DNA from: an uncultured Flavobacteriaceae bacterium
Lineage (GTDB): Bacteria > Bacteroidota > Bacteroidia > Flavobacteriales > Flavobacteriaceae
Direction: 5' to 3'
Length of the DNA: 46,843 nucleotides
NCBI GenBank assembly: GCA_964490235.1
Contig: CAZBCH010000302.1
Span: forward strand, 1 to 46,843
In this document: positions 1 to 9,774 of the stretch, one piece after another
How positions within the stretch are numbered: position 1 is the first letter of the stretch
Layout: each line of letters starts with the position of its first letter
Program-made: the position numbers and the translations under genes
Notes under the pieces: model-generated
The model's database searches: none
The model's input: only the letters and a program-made list of their open reading frames with translations
Told to the model about the DNA's origin: nothing

Positions 1-759
1 GGAACTCCTGCCGTTTTTATGCATGCTGCTGATGCCATTCATGGTGATTTAGGAATTGTACAGAATGATGATGTGGTGATTTGTATTTCTAAAAGTGGTA
101 ATACTCCAGAGATCAAGGTGCTCGTTCCACTTATCAAAAACTTTAAGAATAAACTTATTGCTATTACTAGTAACAAAGAATCTTTTTTAGGTAAAGCCGC
201 AGACTATATTTTGCACGCAGCCATAAAAGAAGAGGCATGTCCCAATGGTCTAGCACCTACTACTAGCACCACGGTACAACTGGTTATAGGAGACGCTCTT
301 GCTATAAGTCTGCTAGAATTGAAAGGTTTTACAGATAAAGACTTTGCGAGATACCATCCTGGTGGCGCTTTAGGTAAGAAATTATATTTGAGAGTTCAAG
401 ACTTAACAGAAAAGAACAACAAACCAGAAGTGCTGGCAACTACCTCATTAAGAGATGTGATCGTGAATATTTCAGAAAACATGCTAGGAATGACGGTTGT
501 AACAAAGGATAAGAAAGCTATAGGAGTGATTACCGATGGTGATTTAAGACGCATGCTTTCTAGTGCTAATAATATTGATAATTTACAAGCTAGGGATATA
601 ATGAGCGGTAATCCTAAGACGATTAAAGCTACAGCAATGGCTGTGAAAGCTAGAGAAATGATGGAAGAACATAACATATCTCAACTTATTGCTGTAGATG
701 AAATAGGTTACACTGGTGTGGTACACATTCATGATCTAATAAGAGAAGGTATTATTTAA
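1..759 (+). CDS. kdsD: KpsF/GutQ-family arabinose-5-phosphate isomerase (SIS + CBS domains), 5'-truncated by the window edge
   Basis: Frame is open from base 1 (GTPAVFMHAADAIHGDLG). Motifs ISKSGNTPE, APTTSTT, HPGGALG and a C-terminal CBS pair (ITDGDLRR). Confidence 0.9.
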   Translation, partial: GTPAVFMHAADAIHGDLGIVQNDDVVICISKSGNTPEIKVLVPLIKNFKNKLIAITSNKESFLGKAADYILHAAIKEEACPNGLAPTTSTTVQLVIGDALAISLLELKGFTDKDFARYHPGGALGKKLYLRVQDLTEKNNKPEVLATTSLRDVIVNISENMLGMTVVTKDKKAIGVITDGDLRRMLSSANNIDNLQARDIMSGNPKTIKATAMAVKAREMMEEHNISQLIAVDEIGYTGVVHIHDLIREGII

Positions 760-761
760 TT

Positions 762-1598
762 ATGGCTCGCAAAAAAGCAGATCCCAACAACATGTCGTTT
801 CTAGACCACGTAGAAGAACTACGATGGTGTTTGATACGCTCTATAGCAGGTGTATTAATAGGCGCAGGAATTGCTGCCTTTTTTACCGACTTTATTTTTG
901 ATGTTATTATTTTTGGTCCTAAAAGAGGTACATTTATTACATATGAGTTCTTTTGTGAATTTGGGAATTACTTTGGTATAGTAAGCGATTTCTGTAATCC
1001 AGAATTTAATTTTAAAGTCCAGTCTAGAGAAATGTCTGATGAATTTTCTACTCATATATGGACATCTATTCTGGTAGGTTTTGTAGTGGCGTTTCCATGG
1101 ATTCTATATCAAGTATGGAGATTTATTGCACCTGGTCTTAAAGCTTCAGAAAAAAAATACAGCGGCGGTTTCATTATCATCTGTTCTTTGTTATTTTTCT
1201 TAGGTGTTATTTTTGGATACTTTGTAATTGCACCGTTATCCGTGCATTTTATGATGACCTATAATTTGAGTCCAGAAATCTCTACTGAACCTAGTTTATC
1301 CAGTTACATAGGATATATAAGAGCCTCTATATTAGCCTCTGGACTATTGTTTGAATTACCGGTTATTATATATTTCTTAACTAAAATAGGACTTGCCACT
1401 CCTGAAGGTTTAAGAAAAAACAGAAAGTTTGCATTGGTAATTGTTCTTATCGTGGCTGCAGTAATCACACCACCAGATGTAGCGAGTCAAATAATAGTTG
1501 CTATACCTGTGTTAATTTTATATGAAGTGAGCATTTTCATATCTAAATTTGTCCTCTATAGACAAAAAAGAAGAGAAAAAAAATTAGCTACCCCTTAA
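762..1598 (+). CDS. tatC: Twin-arginine translocase subunit TatC
   Basis: MSFLDHVEELR, FIAPGL, FELP and ITPPD motifs with multiple hydrophobic segments. Confidence 0.95.
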   Translation: MARKKADPNNMSFLDHVEELRWCLIRSIAGVLIGAGIAAFFTDFIFDVIIFGPKRGTFITYEFFCEFGNYFGIVSDFCNPEFNFKVQSREMSDEFSTHIWTSILVGFVVAFPWILYQVWRFIAPGLKASEKKYSGGFIIICSLLFFLGVIFGYFVIAPLSVHFMMTYNLSPEISTEPSLSSYIGYIRASILASGLLFELPVIIYFLTKIGLATPEGLRKNRKFALVIVLIVAAVITPPDVASQIIVAIPVLILYEVSIFISKFVLYRQKRREKKLATP

Positions 1599-1601
1599 AA
1601 T

Positions 1602-1952
1602 ATGAGTAATCAAGTAGAAGAATTCAATGCGTATCGCGCAAAAATGAACGATGCCATTCTTGAAGATAATAATAAGATCATCAAGCGTATATTTAATCTG
1701 GACACCAACGCTTTTACGGCTGGTGCACTGGATAAAAAAACAAAAGAGTTATTAGGCCTTGTAGCTAGTACGGTATTAAGGTGCGATGATTGCGTAAAGT
1801 ACCACCTAGAAGCAAGTCATAAAGAAGGTCTTTCTAAAGAAGAAGTTGTAGAAGCACTTTCTATTGCTACGCTAGTAGGTGGAACTATCGTAATCCCTCA
1901 TTTAAGACGTGCCTATGAATACTGGGATGCAATTGAGAAGAATGCTTCTTAA
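1602..1952 (+). CDS. Carboxymuconolactone decarboxylase/AhpD-like protein
   Basis: GALDKKTKELLGL and CDDCVKYH (CxxC) motifs; 116 aa. Confidence 0.85.
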   Translation: MSNQVEEFNAYRAKMNDAILEDNNKIIKRIFNLDTNAFTAGALDKKTKELLGLVASTVLRCDDCVKYHLEASHKEGLSKEEVVEALSIATLVGGTIVIPHLRRAYEYWDAIEKNAS

Positions 1953-2035
1953 GCAATGATGACTTGCCATTACCCATTTTCAAGTAAATCTCAATTTTTA
2001 ACAATTACATTTTAAAAAACGAGAACATGTTAAGA

Positions 2036-2078
2036 TTTGACATGCCAACTATTCGTGTTGGCATTGTCTAAATCTATT
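2036..2078. repeat. 43-bp direct repeat copy 1 with internal hairpin
   Basis: tttgacatgccaactattcgtgttggcattgtctaaatctatt, identical to 2400-2442; stem tgccaac/gttggca. Confidence 0.95.
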
Positions 2079-2145
2079 AGAGAAACCTCTTGTTAACTAT
2101 TTAATTTTATCATATCAATAAGCTAACAACAAGTACTTGAAGTTT

Positions 2146-2382
2146 AATCAAGAGCTAAATGGCCTAAGAACATAGCTCGTGAAAAATGAAATGAAGCGCA
2201 GGAACAAGCAAAAATCCTTATATCTTCTTAGTAAATTAATAAGATAAGTTTCAGATAAACAAAATTTACATTGTTCAAATCAATGAATCTTCTTTTTGCG
2301 CCGTAGCAAATGAAATTTTTAGAGCTAGGTTCTTAAGCCTTGATTTTTTTGTTTCGTTTTTTGATCAAGCAAAAAATGAAAA
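2146..2382 (+). repeat. ~240-bp structured REP/MITE-like repeat, copy A
   Basis: Arms cctaagaac..gctcgt.aaaaatgaaatgaagcg and ttctttttgcgccg.agcaa.tgaaattttta..cttgatt..tgatcaagcaaaaaat are shared with 40600-40982 and 41065-41300. Confidence 0.9.
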
Positions 2383-2399
2383 TCAACTAACTTTTGAGT

Positions 2400-2442
2400 T
2401 TTGACATGCCAACTATTCGTGTTGGCATTGTCTAAATCTATT
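2400..2442. repeat. 43-bp direct repeat copy 2 with internal hairpin
   Basis: Identical to 2036-2078. Confidence 0.95.
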
Positions 2443-2511
2443 TAAAAGGGTTCAACATAACTAATATTCTAAAATGATTTTATAGTTATATTATTATATG
2501 CCTCGATAGTT

Positions 2512-3585
2512 TTAATTAGGAGCTTTGTAAATATTCAAAAGCTGTTTCACATAACGATCACTACCATAATTATCAACCACATGAGAAAAGAAACCGTGAC
2601 CATAAGCTTTCCTTTTATCTTTATCAATAATCAACTCCATCATAGCAGCAGCTAGAGCGGCAGGATCTTCTGGTGTCACTACAATACCATAATCCTGTAT
2701 CACCTCGGCACAGGCACCTACATCAGTTACTATACAAGGTAATTCATGCATTCCATACTCTAACAAAGCTACTGGTAAGCCTTCAGATTTTGAGGATAAT
2801 ACTGCTATATCGCATTCCTCCAGCACCGCACTAACATCTGACCTGGAACCTAGTAGAAATATATGATTTTGTAGGTTCTTTTCTATTATTAATGTTTTCA
2901 GTTTTGCAGAGTAATCATCTTGAAAATCCTGACCACATAAATGAAGCGTCCAGTCTTTATTTTCCTTATGAATTATATCAAAAGCATGAATTAAATTAAA
3001 ATGATCCTTTTGTTCCCTCAGATTAGCCAGACATATCATGCGTTTGCCTTGAACACCTTTTAAGGGTGAAGAAATATGTGACTCCATGGGCTTCACAGCA
3101 AAATTCTCTAAGTAGGTAACCTGCTTACATTTTAAATGTTCTACAGCCCAATCACGTAATAAAGGATTTACACTGATCACGTGATCAAAATTTCTAGAAA
3201 TGAATCTAATAAATATTAAAGGTCTTTGATCTAATTCGTTTGCTTTACCATAATGATCATGCCATACCAAAAGAGGTTTTTTTCTTAAAAACAAGAATGC
3301 AAGAACAGCAATAAATGCTGATGTGCTATGCGCATGCACTACATCTATTTGATGAACACGTATGTAATTATTGAGTTTAAAAATAGCCGCAAGACCTAAT
3401 TTACCTTTCTTTATAAGAAAAAGGTACTTCACATTCCCATCAATAGATTCTTTAAGTAAACCTTCTCTTCTTGTAACGCAAATATGAGAATCGTGTCCCG
3501 CACCAGCTAGCGCATTTGCAACTGTAACTGCCATACGCTCAGCTCCACCAGCTTCTAGACTATCTATGATTTGCAATACCTTCAT
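2512..3585 (-). CDS. GT4 glycosyltransferase
   Basis: GGAERM at the N-terminus; SKSEGLPVALLE (EX7E) motif. Confidence 0.9.
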   Translation of the reverse strand: MKVLQIIDSLEAGGAERMAVTVANALAGAGHDSHICVTRREGLLKESIDGNVKYLFLIKKGKLGLAAIFKLNNYIRVHQIDVVHAHSTSAFIAVLAFLFLRKKPLLVWHDHYGKANELDQRPLIFIRFISRNFDHVISVNPLLRDWAVEHLKCKQVTYLENFAVKPMESHISSPLKGVQGKRMICLANLREQKDHFNLIHAFDIIHKENKDWTLHLCGQDFQDDYSAKLKTLIIEKNLQNHIFLLGSRSDVSAVLEECDIAVLSSKSEGLPVALLEYGMHELPCIVTDVGACAEVIQDYGIVVTPEDPAALAAAMMELIIDKDKRKAYGHGFFSHVVDNYGSDRYVKQLLNIYKAPN

Positions 3586-3588
3586 ATA

Positions 3589-4737
3589 TCAATCAATTTG
3601 CAATAATTCTTGAATAGCTTCTTCAAAATCATCAAGAGTATACTTTCTAGACCAGATTGCGGCATTTTGCGACAGTTCTTGAAGCAACTCTGGCGCTCTT
3701 AAATATGCTGCTACTTGTGCATCAGCTGTGGAAAGATCATTGATTAAAATACCTCGTCCACAACGAGCATCTTCCCGCTGCGGCTGATTATTTGAACAAC
3801 CCAACATCCATGGCACACAGCTTACTGCACTTGCTATAGGCACACAACCCCAGAACATGGCTTCGGCAACAGCTTTAGGCCAGCCTTCACTCTTAGAAAG
3901 CAAAAAAGAGAAATGAGCATTTTTATAAGCTTTTGTTACTATGCTATTATCGACATTGCCGTGTAACCTAACCTTATCATGCAGATTGTACTCATCAATC
4001 TTCACGGCCATCTCATTTTTTAACGGTCCATCACCATAATAATCGATAGAAATATCTATACCATCTTTAGTAAGTGATTTAATAATCTCAAGTACTTCTA
4101 ACGGTCGTTTATTAGCTCCCATAGTTCCTACAAATACCGACTTAAAAGGTCCATTCCAGTCTCTTATAGAAAGAGCGGTTATTTGATTTCTTCTGTAGGT
4201 GGCTGTAAAAAAGGGCTTGACGTTTTTAGATTGATTTGGCCATTTTCCATAAGCTAATATTGAAATATTCTTAGTTAAGAATGTATTAGAAAGAATATTT
4301 TTTTGCCATCTATATGCAACAGGTTGTGCAGCATTAGGGTCAAAATTACCAGCATACTTGGCTGTTTTCTTTTTGGAAGGAAATAAGATTTGTGCGATAC
4401 TAGCCAGCAAGGCTAGGTTACCAGGACATCTTAAGTGTATGTGATCCGCGTTCGCGAAAGCGAAACACAAAACAATAAACTGATAAGGAATATTGCATAA
4501 AGACCAAAAAGCACTTGAATAATTATGAAACTCTAATCTTCTAAGCGATTTAACAGTAAAATCTTGTTTAATAAATGGTTGCGTTAATAATGACCTATTA
4601 TAATACGTCGGACATATAAAAGTAATATGATCAACATATTTCATCCATAAATCCATTTCTCTTACATATGGTGCATAAGCCTCTTTTTTACCCTTGCTTT
4701 TTAAAATAGGCGCATCTGAAATAATGAGAAGTCTCAT
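3589..4737 (-). CDS. GT4 glycosyltransferase
   Basis: SKSEGWPKAVAEAM (EX7E) motif. Confidence 0.85.
   Translation of the reverse strand: MRLLIISDAPILKSKGKKEAYAPYVREMDLWMKYVDHITFICPTYYNRSLLTQPFIKQDFTVKSLRRLEFHNYSSAFWSLCNIPYQFIVLCFAFANADHIHLRCPGNLALLASIAQILFPSKKKTAKYAGNFDPNAAQPVAYRWQKNILSNTFLTKNISILAYGKWPNQSKNVKPFFTATYRRNQITALSIRDWNGPFKSVFVGTMGANKRPLEVLEIIKSLTKDGIDISIDYYGDGPLKNEMAVKIDEYNLHDKVRLHGNVDNSIVTKAYKNAHFSFLLSKSEGWPKAVAEAMFWGCVPIASAVSCVPWMLGCSNNQPQREDARCGRGILINDLSTADAQVAAYLRAPELLQELSQNAAIWSRKYTLDDFEEAIQELLQID
4447..4462. repeat. 16-bp palindrome, 1 mismatch, intragenic (encodes AFANA)
   Basis: cgcgttcgcgaaagcg. Confidence 0.85.
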
Positions 4738-5282
4738 AAAATATAATCAGCTGAGTCGTTATCACTTATCTTAATTGCTGGAACACCTACCACGGTTGTT
4801 CCTGCCGCAACCTCTTTTACCACTAGACTATTTGCGCCTATCACAGCCTTATTACCTATTTTAGTTTTCCCAGCGACCGTGGCATTTGCACCGATATAAA
4901 CATGATCGCCAATTACTGGAACACCACGCTTATCACCTCTACCACTAACACCAATTGTAACTCCTTGAGAAATATTACAATTCTTTCCTATAACAGCATG
5001 TGCACTAATAATAATCCCTGAATGATGACCTATATAAAAGCCTTCTCCTATAGTTGCACTATATGGAATGGTTATTCCTGTTAGAATTTCAATTGCTTTT
5101 AATTTCAAAACGCCAATTCCTAATAATGGCCATTTGATTAATTTAGGTAAAGATGAGGTATAAATCCAATTGAAAAATCGATAGTGAAATAATGCCCAAA
5201 GACCTTGCTGTGTCAACAGCATAAGGAATGCAGACTTGCCACTATAATCTGTATATCTTTTGATATCTTTAGAAAACTTCAT
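4734..5282 (-). CDS. Serine-acetyltransferase-like hexapeptide-repeat O-acetyltransferase
   Basis: LbetaH repeats (IGEGFYIGH, IGKNCNISQGVTIG, IGDHVYIGANA) and GVPA. Confidence 0.85.
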   Translation of the reverse strand: MKFSKDIKRYTDYSGKSAFLMLLTQQGLWALFHYRFFNWIYTSSLPKLIKWPLLGIGVLKLKAIEILTGITIPYSATIGEGFYIGHHSGIIISAHAVIGKNCNISQGVTIGVSGRGDKRGVPVIGDHVYIGANATVAGKTKIGNKAVIGANSLVVKEVAAGTTVVGVPAIKISDNDSADYIL

Positions 5283-6283
5283 TAATTCGGTTTATTAAAT
5301 AACAAGCTTATTATTCCCACGGTTCTTCCTATTGCTTCGGTGAAAGCTTCTTTGTGCTCGCTAGTGGTAAAGATATTGAGAAATCTAATAGCTGTGAGTA
5401 AAAGAGTGATTTGGTACCATTTGATTTTATTTTTAAAAGTTGGTTGTAGATGTTTAACACGCCATACATACCAACCATTACGTACCACCATCTTACCATA
5501 ATTATACTGATTAGGCCTACCAGAGGCATCGTGATGGTGCTCTAATTGTGCTGCTGTATTCACGTACAAATCACCTATATGAGATAATCGCAAGGTAAAA
5601 TCTGCATCTTCATACAGACCGTAGCCTTCAAAATATTCAGAGAATCTATGCTCTTTTAAAACTGACAGAGGAAAACTGGAAACACCACCCATTAATTGAT
5701 CCACTTTATATATTTTACCAGATGGTGGCAAAAAACCTATGGACCTGCCATGTCCAAATTCGGGATAAACCGCTGGTGGTGTCGATTGTGCAAGCCCTAA
5801 TTTTCTTCTTAATTGGTACCTGCTGCTTTCCTTACGACGGTAGCCATCATAATAAAAGTGATTCAAATCCTGAGGTCGCTCTTCTTCTACTTTTTCCCAA
5901 AATACCTCGTTTGTAATATAACCACCTACTCCTAAAGCCTTAGGATAATAAACATAAGTAGAAATTAAATTCTCAAAATAATCTGAATTTAAAATCGTGT
6001 CATCATCTAAGAAAGCTACGATATCTATATCATCGCGCACTCTTGCAATTCCATAATTTCGCTGCTTTGTTAAACCGCGTTGTTCTGGTGCGACTTTGTG
6101 ATATTTGATGATAGGGTTTCCGCTTTCGCGAAAGCGTAATTCAGTACCATTATCTATCGACCCATCGATGATCAAGATTTCATCTGGCACTTTAGATTGA
6201 ATCATCACAGATTCTAGCAACCTGGTCAAAGGTTCTGGTCGCATGTAAGTGCAAACAATAAGACTTACTTTATATTTTTGCAT
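5282..6283 (-). CDS. GT2 glycosyltransferase
   Basis: IVCTYMR, IIDGS, FLDDD and YEDADF motifs. Confidence 0.9.
   Translation of the reverse strand: MQKYKVSLIVCTYMRPEPLTRLLESVMIQSKVPDEILIIDGSIDNGTELRFRESGNPIIKYHKVAPEQRGLTKQRNYGIARVRDDIDIVAFLDDDTILNSDYFENLISTYVYYPKALGVGGYITNEVFWEKVEEERPQDLNHFYYDGYRRKESSRYQLRRKLGLAQSTPPAVYPEFGHGRSIGFLPPSGKIYKVDQLMGGVSSFPLSVLKEHRFSEYFEGYGLYEDADFTLRLSHIGDLYVNTAAQLEHHHDASGRPNQYNYGKMVVRNGWYVWRVKHLQPTFKNKIKWYQITLLLTAIRFLNIFTTSEHKEAFTEAIGRTVGIISLLFNKPN
6121..6136. repeat. 16-bp palindrome, perfect, intragenic (encodes RFRES)
   Basis: cgctttcgcgaaagcg. Confidence 0.95.
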
Positions 6284-7754
6284 CTTCAGCTAATTTTTGA
6301 GACCAATAAATACTTTTACTCCATGCTTTTTTAAAATACTTATAGTAAGATATAGGATTTTTAATAGAGTTATCTTTATAAAACTTAATAAATAAGGTAA
6401 ATTTGTAACCTAACAACTGTTTAGCTGTATAATTCTTCTTACGATGATACATAATTTGAGGCGACGGCTTGGGTAAAACATCATCTTCTTGCCAAGGAAA
6501 AACATGTGGCTTCCTAAAACCTCCTACAGGCGCTTTTAAGTGCAATAGTTGAATTTGCGGCGCATAGATTACGTCATAGCCTGCATTACGTATTTGCATA
6601 CCATAATCTACATCTTCCCCATAGCCATGTTCTAAAGCCAGATCAAATTTACACTTTTCTATAACTTCTCGATGAACAATAGAACATCCTGAACCAAAGG
6701 ATTCCCATTGTTTGAAACAAGTAGCATTTTCTACTTCTCCCTTTTGTAAATAAGCAAGATTTAAAACCTTTGTTTGAGTAGCTACAATGGCTTTAAATAC
6801 TCGCTCCATGATATCAGACTCAAATCGATTGTCATCGTCAAATAGTAATACCCATTCAGAATTAGTTTGAGAGATTGCTACATTACGTGCATTACACGCA
6901 CCAGTTTGATGTATAAACTCGTGCGCGATAGGAAATGGCCAGGATTGAGTGGCTATATAATCTAATTCTGTATCAGCATTTATATTTGCATTTTGTTCAA
7001 TAATGATTATTTTTTTAGGAAGAATAGTCTGATTAGCGAGATCAAATAAAACATCTTTAAGATAACCTGCTCGTCCCATAGTAGGAATAATAACTTCATA
7101 ATTAGATTCATGTAGGCCTGTTTTCTTTTTAATACGTTGAAGTTGTTCCACATTTATATCAATGTTAATCTTTTTATGATAAATGGAATAAATAAAAGCT
7201 AGAATAGGTAATCGCCTTTCATACCATAGATGACATAGCAATAAAATAAAAACCCAACGCGTTTTGTAATGCTGTTTTACAAATTTATAGAGCTGCTTAT
7301 CATTAAAACATTGATTTTCTGCTATTAAAGGGATTTGATAATTTAAAACACCTAATGGTAATGATATTTTACCAATGGAATTAACCCAATACAAATAATT
7401 AGACTCTGATGAATGCGAGTCCGCTGTCATGATTACAAGCTGTGAATGAATACAAACGATCGCAGTACTTTTTAACCACGTCGGATAAATTGCTTTTTTA
7501 TTAATATTTATAAATGGACTATCTTCAACGTATCCTAGGTCTTCACTGACAGGATTATAATTAGAAATAAAATAAGCACGGTGATTTAATTCTGGTAATT
7601 GTGCTTGAAATGATTCAATATCTGTATCCTTTTTATAAATCAAAAGATAATCATCAGGATGCTCTTGAGCACATTTATAAATTGCCTTAACAATAGGCAA
7701 CCCATTATAATGCTCTGTAATAGCAATACCGTTATGATAAACTAGAGTAATCAT
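6270..7754 (-). CDS. GT2 glycosyltransferase with N-terminal extension
   Basis: VIIPTMGR, GACNARN, LFDDD and GEDVDYG in the C-terminal half. Confidence 0.85.
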   Translation of the reverse strand: MITLVYHNGIAITEHYNGLPIVKAIYKCAQEHPDDYLLIYKKDTDIESFQAQLPELNHRAYFISNYNPVSEDLGYVEDSPFININKKAIYPTWLKSTAIVCIHSQLVIMTADSHSSESNYLYWVNSIGKISLPLGVLNYQIPLIAENQCFNDKQLYKFVKQHYKTRWVFILLLCHLWYERRLPILAFIYSIYHKKINIDINVEQLQRIKKKTGLHESNYEVIIPTMGRAGYLKDVLFDLANQTILPKKIIIIEQNANINADTELDYIATQSWPFPIAHEFIHQTGACNARNVAISQTNSEWVLLFDDDNRFESDIMERVFKAIVATQTKVLNLAYLQKGEVENATCFKQWESFGSGCSIVHREVIEKCKFDLALEHGYGEDVDYGMQIRNAGYDVIYAPQIQLLHLKAPVGGFRKPHVFPWQEDDVLPKPSPQIMYHRKKNYTAKQLLGYKFTLFIKFYKDNSIKNPISYYKYFKKAWSKSIYWSQKLAEDAKI

Positions 7755-8893
7755 AAAGAACAGATACGTTTATAAAATTCGAGATTTTGATGTACGGTTT
7801 TATAAATATCAAATTTTTCTGCAGTTTTCATTCTGCCTGCTTTACCTATGGATCGGACCAACTGCCTATTTTCAAACAACTCCTTTATAGTTTCCACATA
7901 GGCATCTACATCATCTGGATGATGCATAAATCCATCAACACCATGATCTATTAAATCTTTTGCCCAACCTATACTGGTGTTAACAACGGCTTTTTGTAGT
8001 GCCATAGATTCAATGGTCACCATTCCTAGGGTTTCCGCAAACGATGGGAAAACACAAACATGTGCTCTTTTTATTTGTTCTTGAACTAATTCATAAGGAA
8101 TTTTACCTAAGTAGGTAATTCGAGATGCGGCTCTATCGGTCATTTGATTTTGCATCAATTCCCATGTAGAATTTGATCCAGTTTGAATGTCTGCACTATC
8201 AGCTCCAATAAAAATAAGTGAGCTATTAGGTTCTATTTCAATCAGCCTATTAAACATCTCAATAAGCTGAAATACGCCTTTCTTTCGAATCAAAGTTCCT
8301 ATATTAAGGACTCTATAAGTTTCAAAAGTTTCTGGCTGGTCATTTTCAAAATTTTCAAGCTCAATACCATATGGAATGATTGATAGCTTTTCTTTAGGTA
8401 GATGAAATAACTCCATGCTTTTTTCACCAGCATAAGTAGTAGGTGCTATAAAAGCTTTTGCTTTTTGAACACCTAGTTTTTCAAACCATTTATTTTTAAA
8501 CTTCTGCGCTCTCTTTTCTAGATGACAGAAATAGGTATCACTACCATGAAACCTTATAACAAGAGGTTTTTTCAAGTGCATAAAAGCTGCAATTCCAGTC
8601 CAATCTGGAGCTTCTAGAATATCTACAGCTGTTGTGTGAGCGTTAATATAATTCTGAATAAATTTGCGGTGCCTATAGAAACCAAGAAAAGGATAATTTT
8701 GTTTTTTTATAAGATGAAAAACAATACCATCTTCATTAAAGATCTGGCTATTCTCTTGTCCATAAATAAATAAAGTAACTTGATGACCTGTATTTACAAT
8801 CGCATGAACTAAGTTTTTAATACTAGTCCCCATTCCACCACTAGCACGTGTCAGTTCATGTGGATACTCTGGTGTGATATACGCGATATGCAT
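7751..8893 (-). CDS. GT4 glycosyltransferase
   Basis: RKKG and PSFAETLGMVTIESM motifs. Confidence 0.9.
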   Translation of the reverse strand: MHIAYITPEYPHELTRASGGMGTSIKNLVHAIVNTGHQVTLFIYGQENSQIFNEDGIVFHLIKKQNYPFLGFYRHRKFIQNYINAHTTAVDILEAPDWTGIAAFMHLKKPLVIRFHGSDTYFCHLEKRAQKFKNKWFEKLGVQKAKAFIAPTTYAGEKSMELFHLPKEKLSIIPYGIELENFENDQPETFETYRVLNIGTLIRKKGVFQLIEMFNRLIEIEPNSSLIFIGADSADIQTGSNSTWELMQNQMTDRAASRITYLGKIPYELVQEQIKRAHVCVFPSFAETLGMVTIESMALQKAVVNTSIGWAKDLIDHGVDGFMHHPDDVDAYVETIKELFENRQLVRSIGKAGRMKTAEKFDIYKTVHQNLEFYKRICSL

Positions 8894-9774
8894 TAGTTCT
8901 TATGTTGATTTTGTAGTAAATCTGCTGTAAGTTTTTTGGTAAAAGCGGTTGCTCCTTCTCTATTAAGATGACCGCAATCTGCAAAATAAGATTCTGTAGA
9001 ATCAAATAGGTCTATATAATTAATTACTTCTGGATAGTTCTTTTGTAATCCCTTCATAAAAACAGACCTATTAGAAGCACTTTTACAATAAGGAGCTGTG
9101 TAAAATGAAAGAGATGTAGGTGCTACTTCTTTCATTATTTGAACACCTCTATTATTTGCAGTAATAGTTTGAGGTAAAGTTCCTTTCATGGCAGTTCCTA
9201 CACGGTCTATACCTAGAAATCCGTTGGTAAAGTTAACTTTTGAAGGTTTTTGAATAAGCTGTAAAACCACTTCTCTTAATCCTATCATTTTATCGTTAGC
9301 TGCATAGCGCACAAAAGGCAGATCTATAGATGGCATTTCTAATTGCTCCTTTAAATCTTTACTTATCATTTTTGTATTTTGATAAGGCGCTATAGAAGAA
9401 ATAAAGGCAGGCGCATAAGAATCAAAATTCACTGCATAATCTAATTGAAAAAGAACTTGATCATAGGTAACTTTATTGTCTTTCAGTATCTGTAATAAAG
9501 CGGCAGAATCATTTGTTTTACTGCCCTGAAGCCCTAAGTTAATACAGCTTTTACCTGTTAATTGAGTAACCAGTTCACAGTCTATATGATTTTCAACTCG
9601 AGAACTTCCTAAAAAAATATAATCAATATGAGTATCTTTTAATTGCACTACGTACTGCGTTTTGTTCCTAGAAAATCCAGTGGTAAATGCATAAGTATAA
9701 ACAGATTCAAGCAAGTATGCACTAGCAATCGTAATGATAATAACAGCTATGATATGTTTTAAGAACCTACTCAT
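8893..9774 (-). CDS. SGNH-like membrane-anchored protein, probable acyl-transfer partner of the MBOAT
   Basis: N-terminal TM segment, FLGSSR (Ser block), FADCGHLN (DxxH); directly follows the MBOAT gene. Confidence 0.65.
   Translation of the reverse strand: MSRFLKHIIAVIIITIASAYLLESVYTYAFTTGFSRNKTQYVVQLKDTHIDYIFLGSSRVENHIDCELVTQLTGKSCINLGLQGSKTNDSAALLQILKDNKVTYDQVLFQLDYAVNFDSYAPAFISSIAPYQNTKMISKDLKEQLEMPSIDLPFVRYAANDKMIGLREVVLQLIQKPSKVNFTNGFLGIDRVGTAMKGTLPQTITANNRGVQIMKEVAPTSLSFYTAPYCKSASNRSVFMKGLQKNYPEVINYIDLFDSTESYFADCGHLNREGATAFTKKLTADLLQNQHKN

Noticed and set aside
2036-2442. 43-bp repeats as a CRISPR array
   Set aside because: Only two repeats, a 321-bp spacer and no cas genes in the window.
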